Shown piece by piece: positions 7,979 to 8,418 of a DNA stretch of 8,418 nt. Both the position numbers and the translations under genes were made by a program. The notes beneath the pieces were generated by a model. It saw only the letters and a program-made list of their open reading frames with translations, searched no databases and was not told the DNA's origin. This DNA comes from Azolla caroliniana (taxonomy: Eukaryota; Plantae; Polypodiophyta), in assembly GCA_043228905.1 (NCBI GenBank), contig JBHGNT010001442.1:1-8418 (forward strand). Direction: 5' to 3'. The number at the start of each line of letters is the position of its first letter. The stretch's first letter is position 1.

Positions 7979-8166
7979 GTACACAGTTACACACTCTGAT
8001 CTCGCACAGACAACAATAACGACAACAACAACAACTACAAATCTAAAAGTTTGCCCTAAGTCATATTTATACTAATATGACTTTTCAGCTATTTACAAAT
8101 ATAGCCATGATGGACTCTTAGAAACATATTTACGAATATGTCTCTTCATCCGGTGAGCACTCCTCA

Positions 8167-8379
8167 CCGGGTCTGCACCATCCGACTCTCCGTAGCCGGG
8201 TACTCCTCATCCGGTCTTGACCGGGTCTGCACCATCCGGCTCTCCGTAGCCGGGTTCTCCTCATCCGGTTCTCACCGGGTCTGCACCATCCGGCTCTCCG
8301 TAGCCGGGTGCTCCTCATCCGGTTCTCACCGGGTCTGCACCATCCAGCCTCTCCGTAGCCGGGTACTCCTCATCCGGTT
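8167..8379. repeat. 54-bp GC-rich tandem repeat, about 4 copies, in U3 of LTR3
   Basis: ccgggtctgcac recurs at 8167, 8221, 8275 and 8329. Unit: ccgggtctgcaccatccggctctccgtagccgggtNctcctcatccggttctca. Confidence 0.97.
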
Positions 8380-8418
8380 TTGGCCTCGGCCGAGTTTGTT
8401 CATCAACACTGTTCTTCT

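Larger units (their letters stand above)
7686..8408 (-). repeat. Copia LTR3 (723 bp), related subfamily, inserted into LTR2
   Basis: Plus strand TGACG...CATCAACA. It shares the blocks ctcggccacaaccgag, cgtggaaaaccc, aaactatcactatg, gaggcaacgacctc, gtcatatttatactaatatga and ctatttacaaatatagcc with LTR1/2. TATA is at 8064-8071. Confidence 0.85.

Noticed and set aside
6271-8019. Similar short ORFs recurring in the three LTRs (e.g. TEATTSCS, MRARGRCLC)
   Set aside because: The similarity reflects LTR nucleotide homology. Starts, stops and frames are not conserved between copies.
8130-8318. 62-aa ORF with an 18-aa repeat (MRSTRLRRAGWCRPGENR)
   Set aside because: It is just the translation of the 54-bp U3 tandem repeat, lies upstream of the LTR TATA box and has no coding support.
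8167-8379. CRISPR-like array of palindromic repeats
   Set aside because: The intervening sequences are repeated rather than unique spacers, there are no cas genes, and the context is a eukaryotic LTR.

Overview
Eukaryotic (plant-type) repeat DNA made entirely of nested LTR retrotransposons. I found no host genes, RNA genes or prokaryotic systems. (1) 1-5795, minus strand: a decayed Ty3/gypsy non-chromovirus, Tat-like element. It has a 514-bp 5' LTR, a probable tRNA-Asn PBS and a formerly single gag-PR-RT-RH-aRH-INT frame (5191->3) with 8 in-frame stops and 1 frameshift. Its native RNase H has lost catalytic residues and is followed by a second RNase HI domain. (2) This element inserted into the gag of a minus-strand Ty1/copia element (gag remnant 5796-6334, degenerate tRNA-iMet PBS, 5' LTR 6365-6980). 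(3) That copia inserted into the integrase of an older plus-strand copia, visible as a 129-bp fragment (6981-7109). (4) A second related LTR (7110-7685) sits on the other side of that fragment and is itself interrupted by a third related, younger-looking LTR (7686-8408) with a 54-bp CCGG-hairpin tandem array. The most interesting points are the dual RNase H with an atypical RT signature, hairpins conserved across the three copia LTRs (one with covarying base pairs), and tight insertion clustering. All calls come from manual reading and motif recognition; no searches were run.
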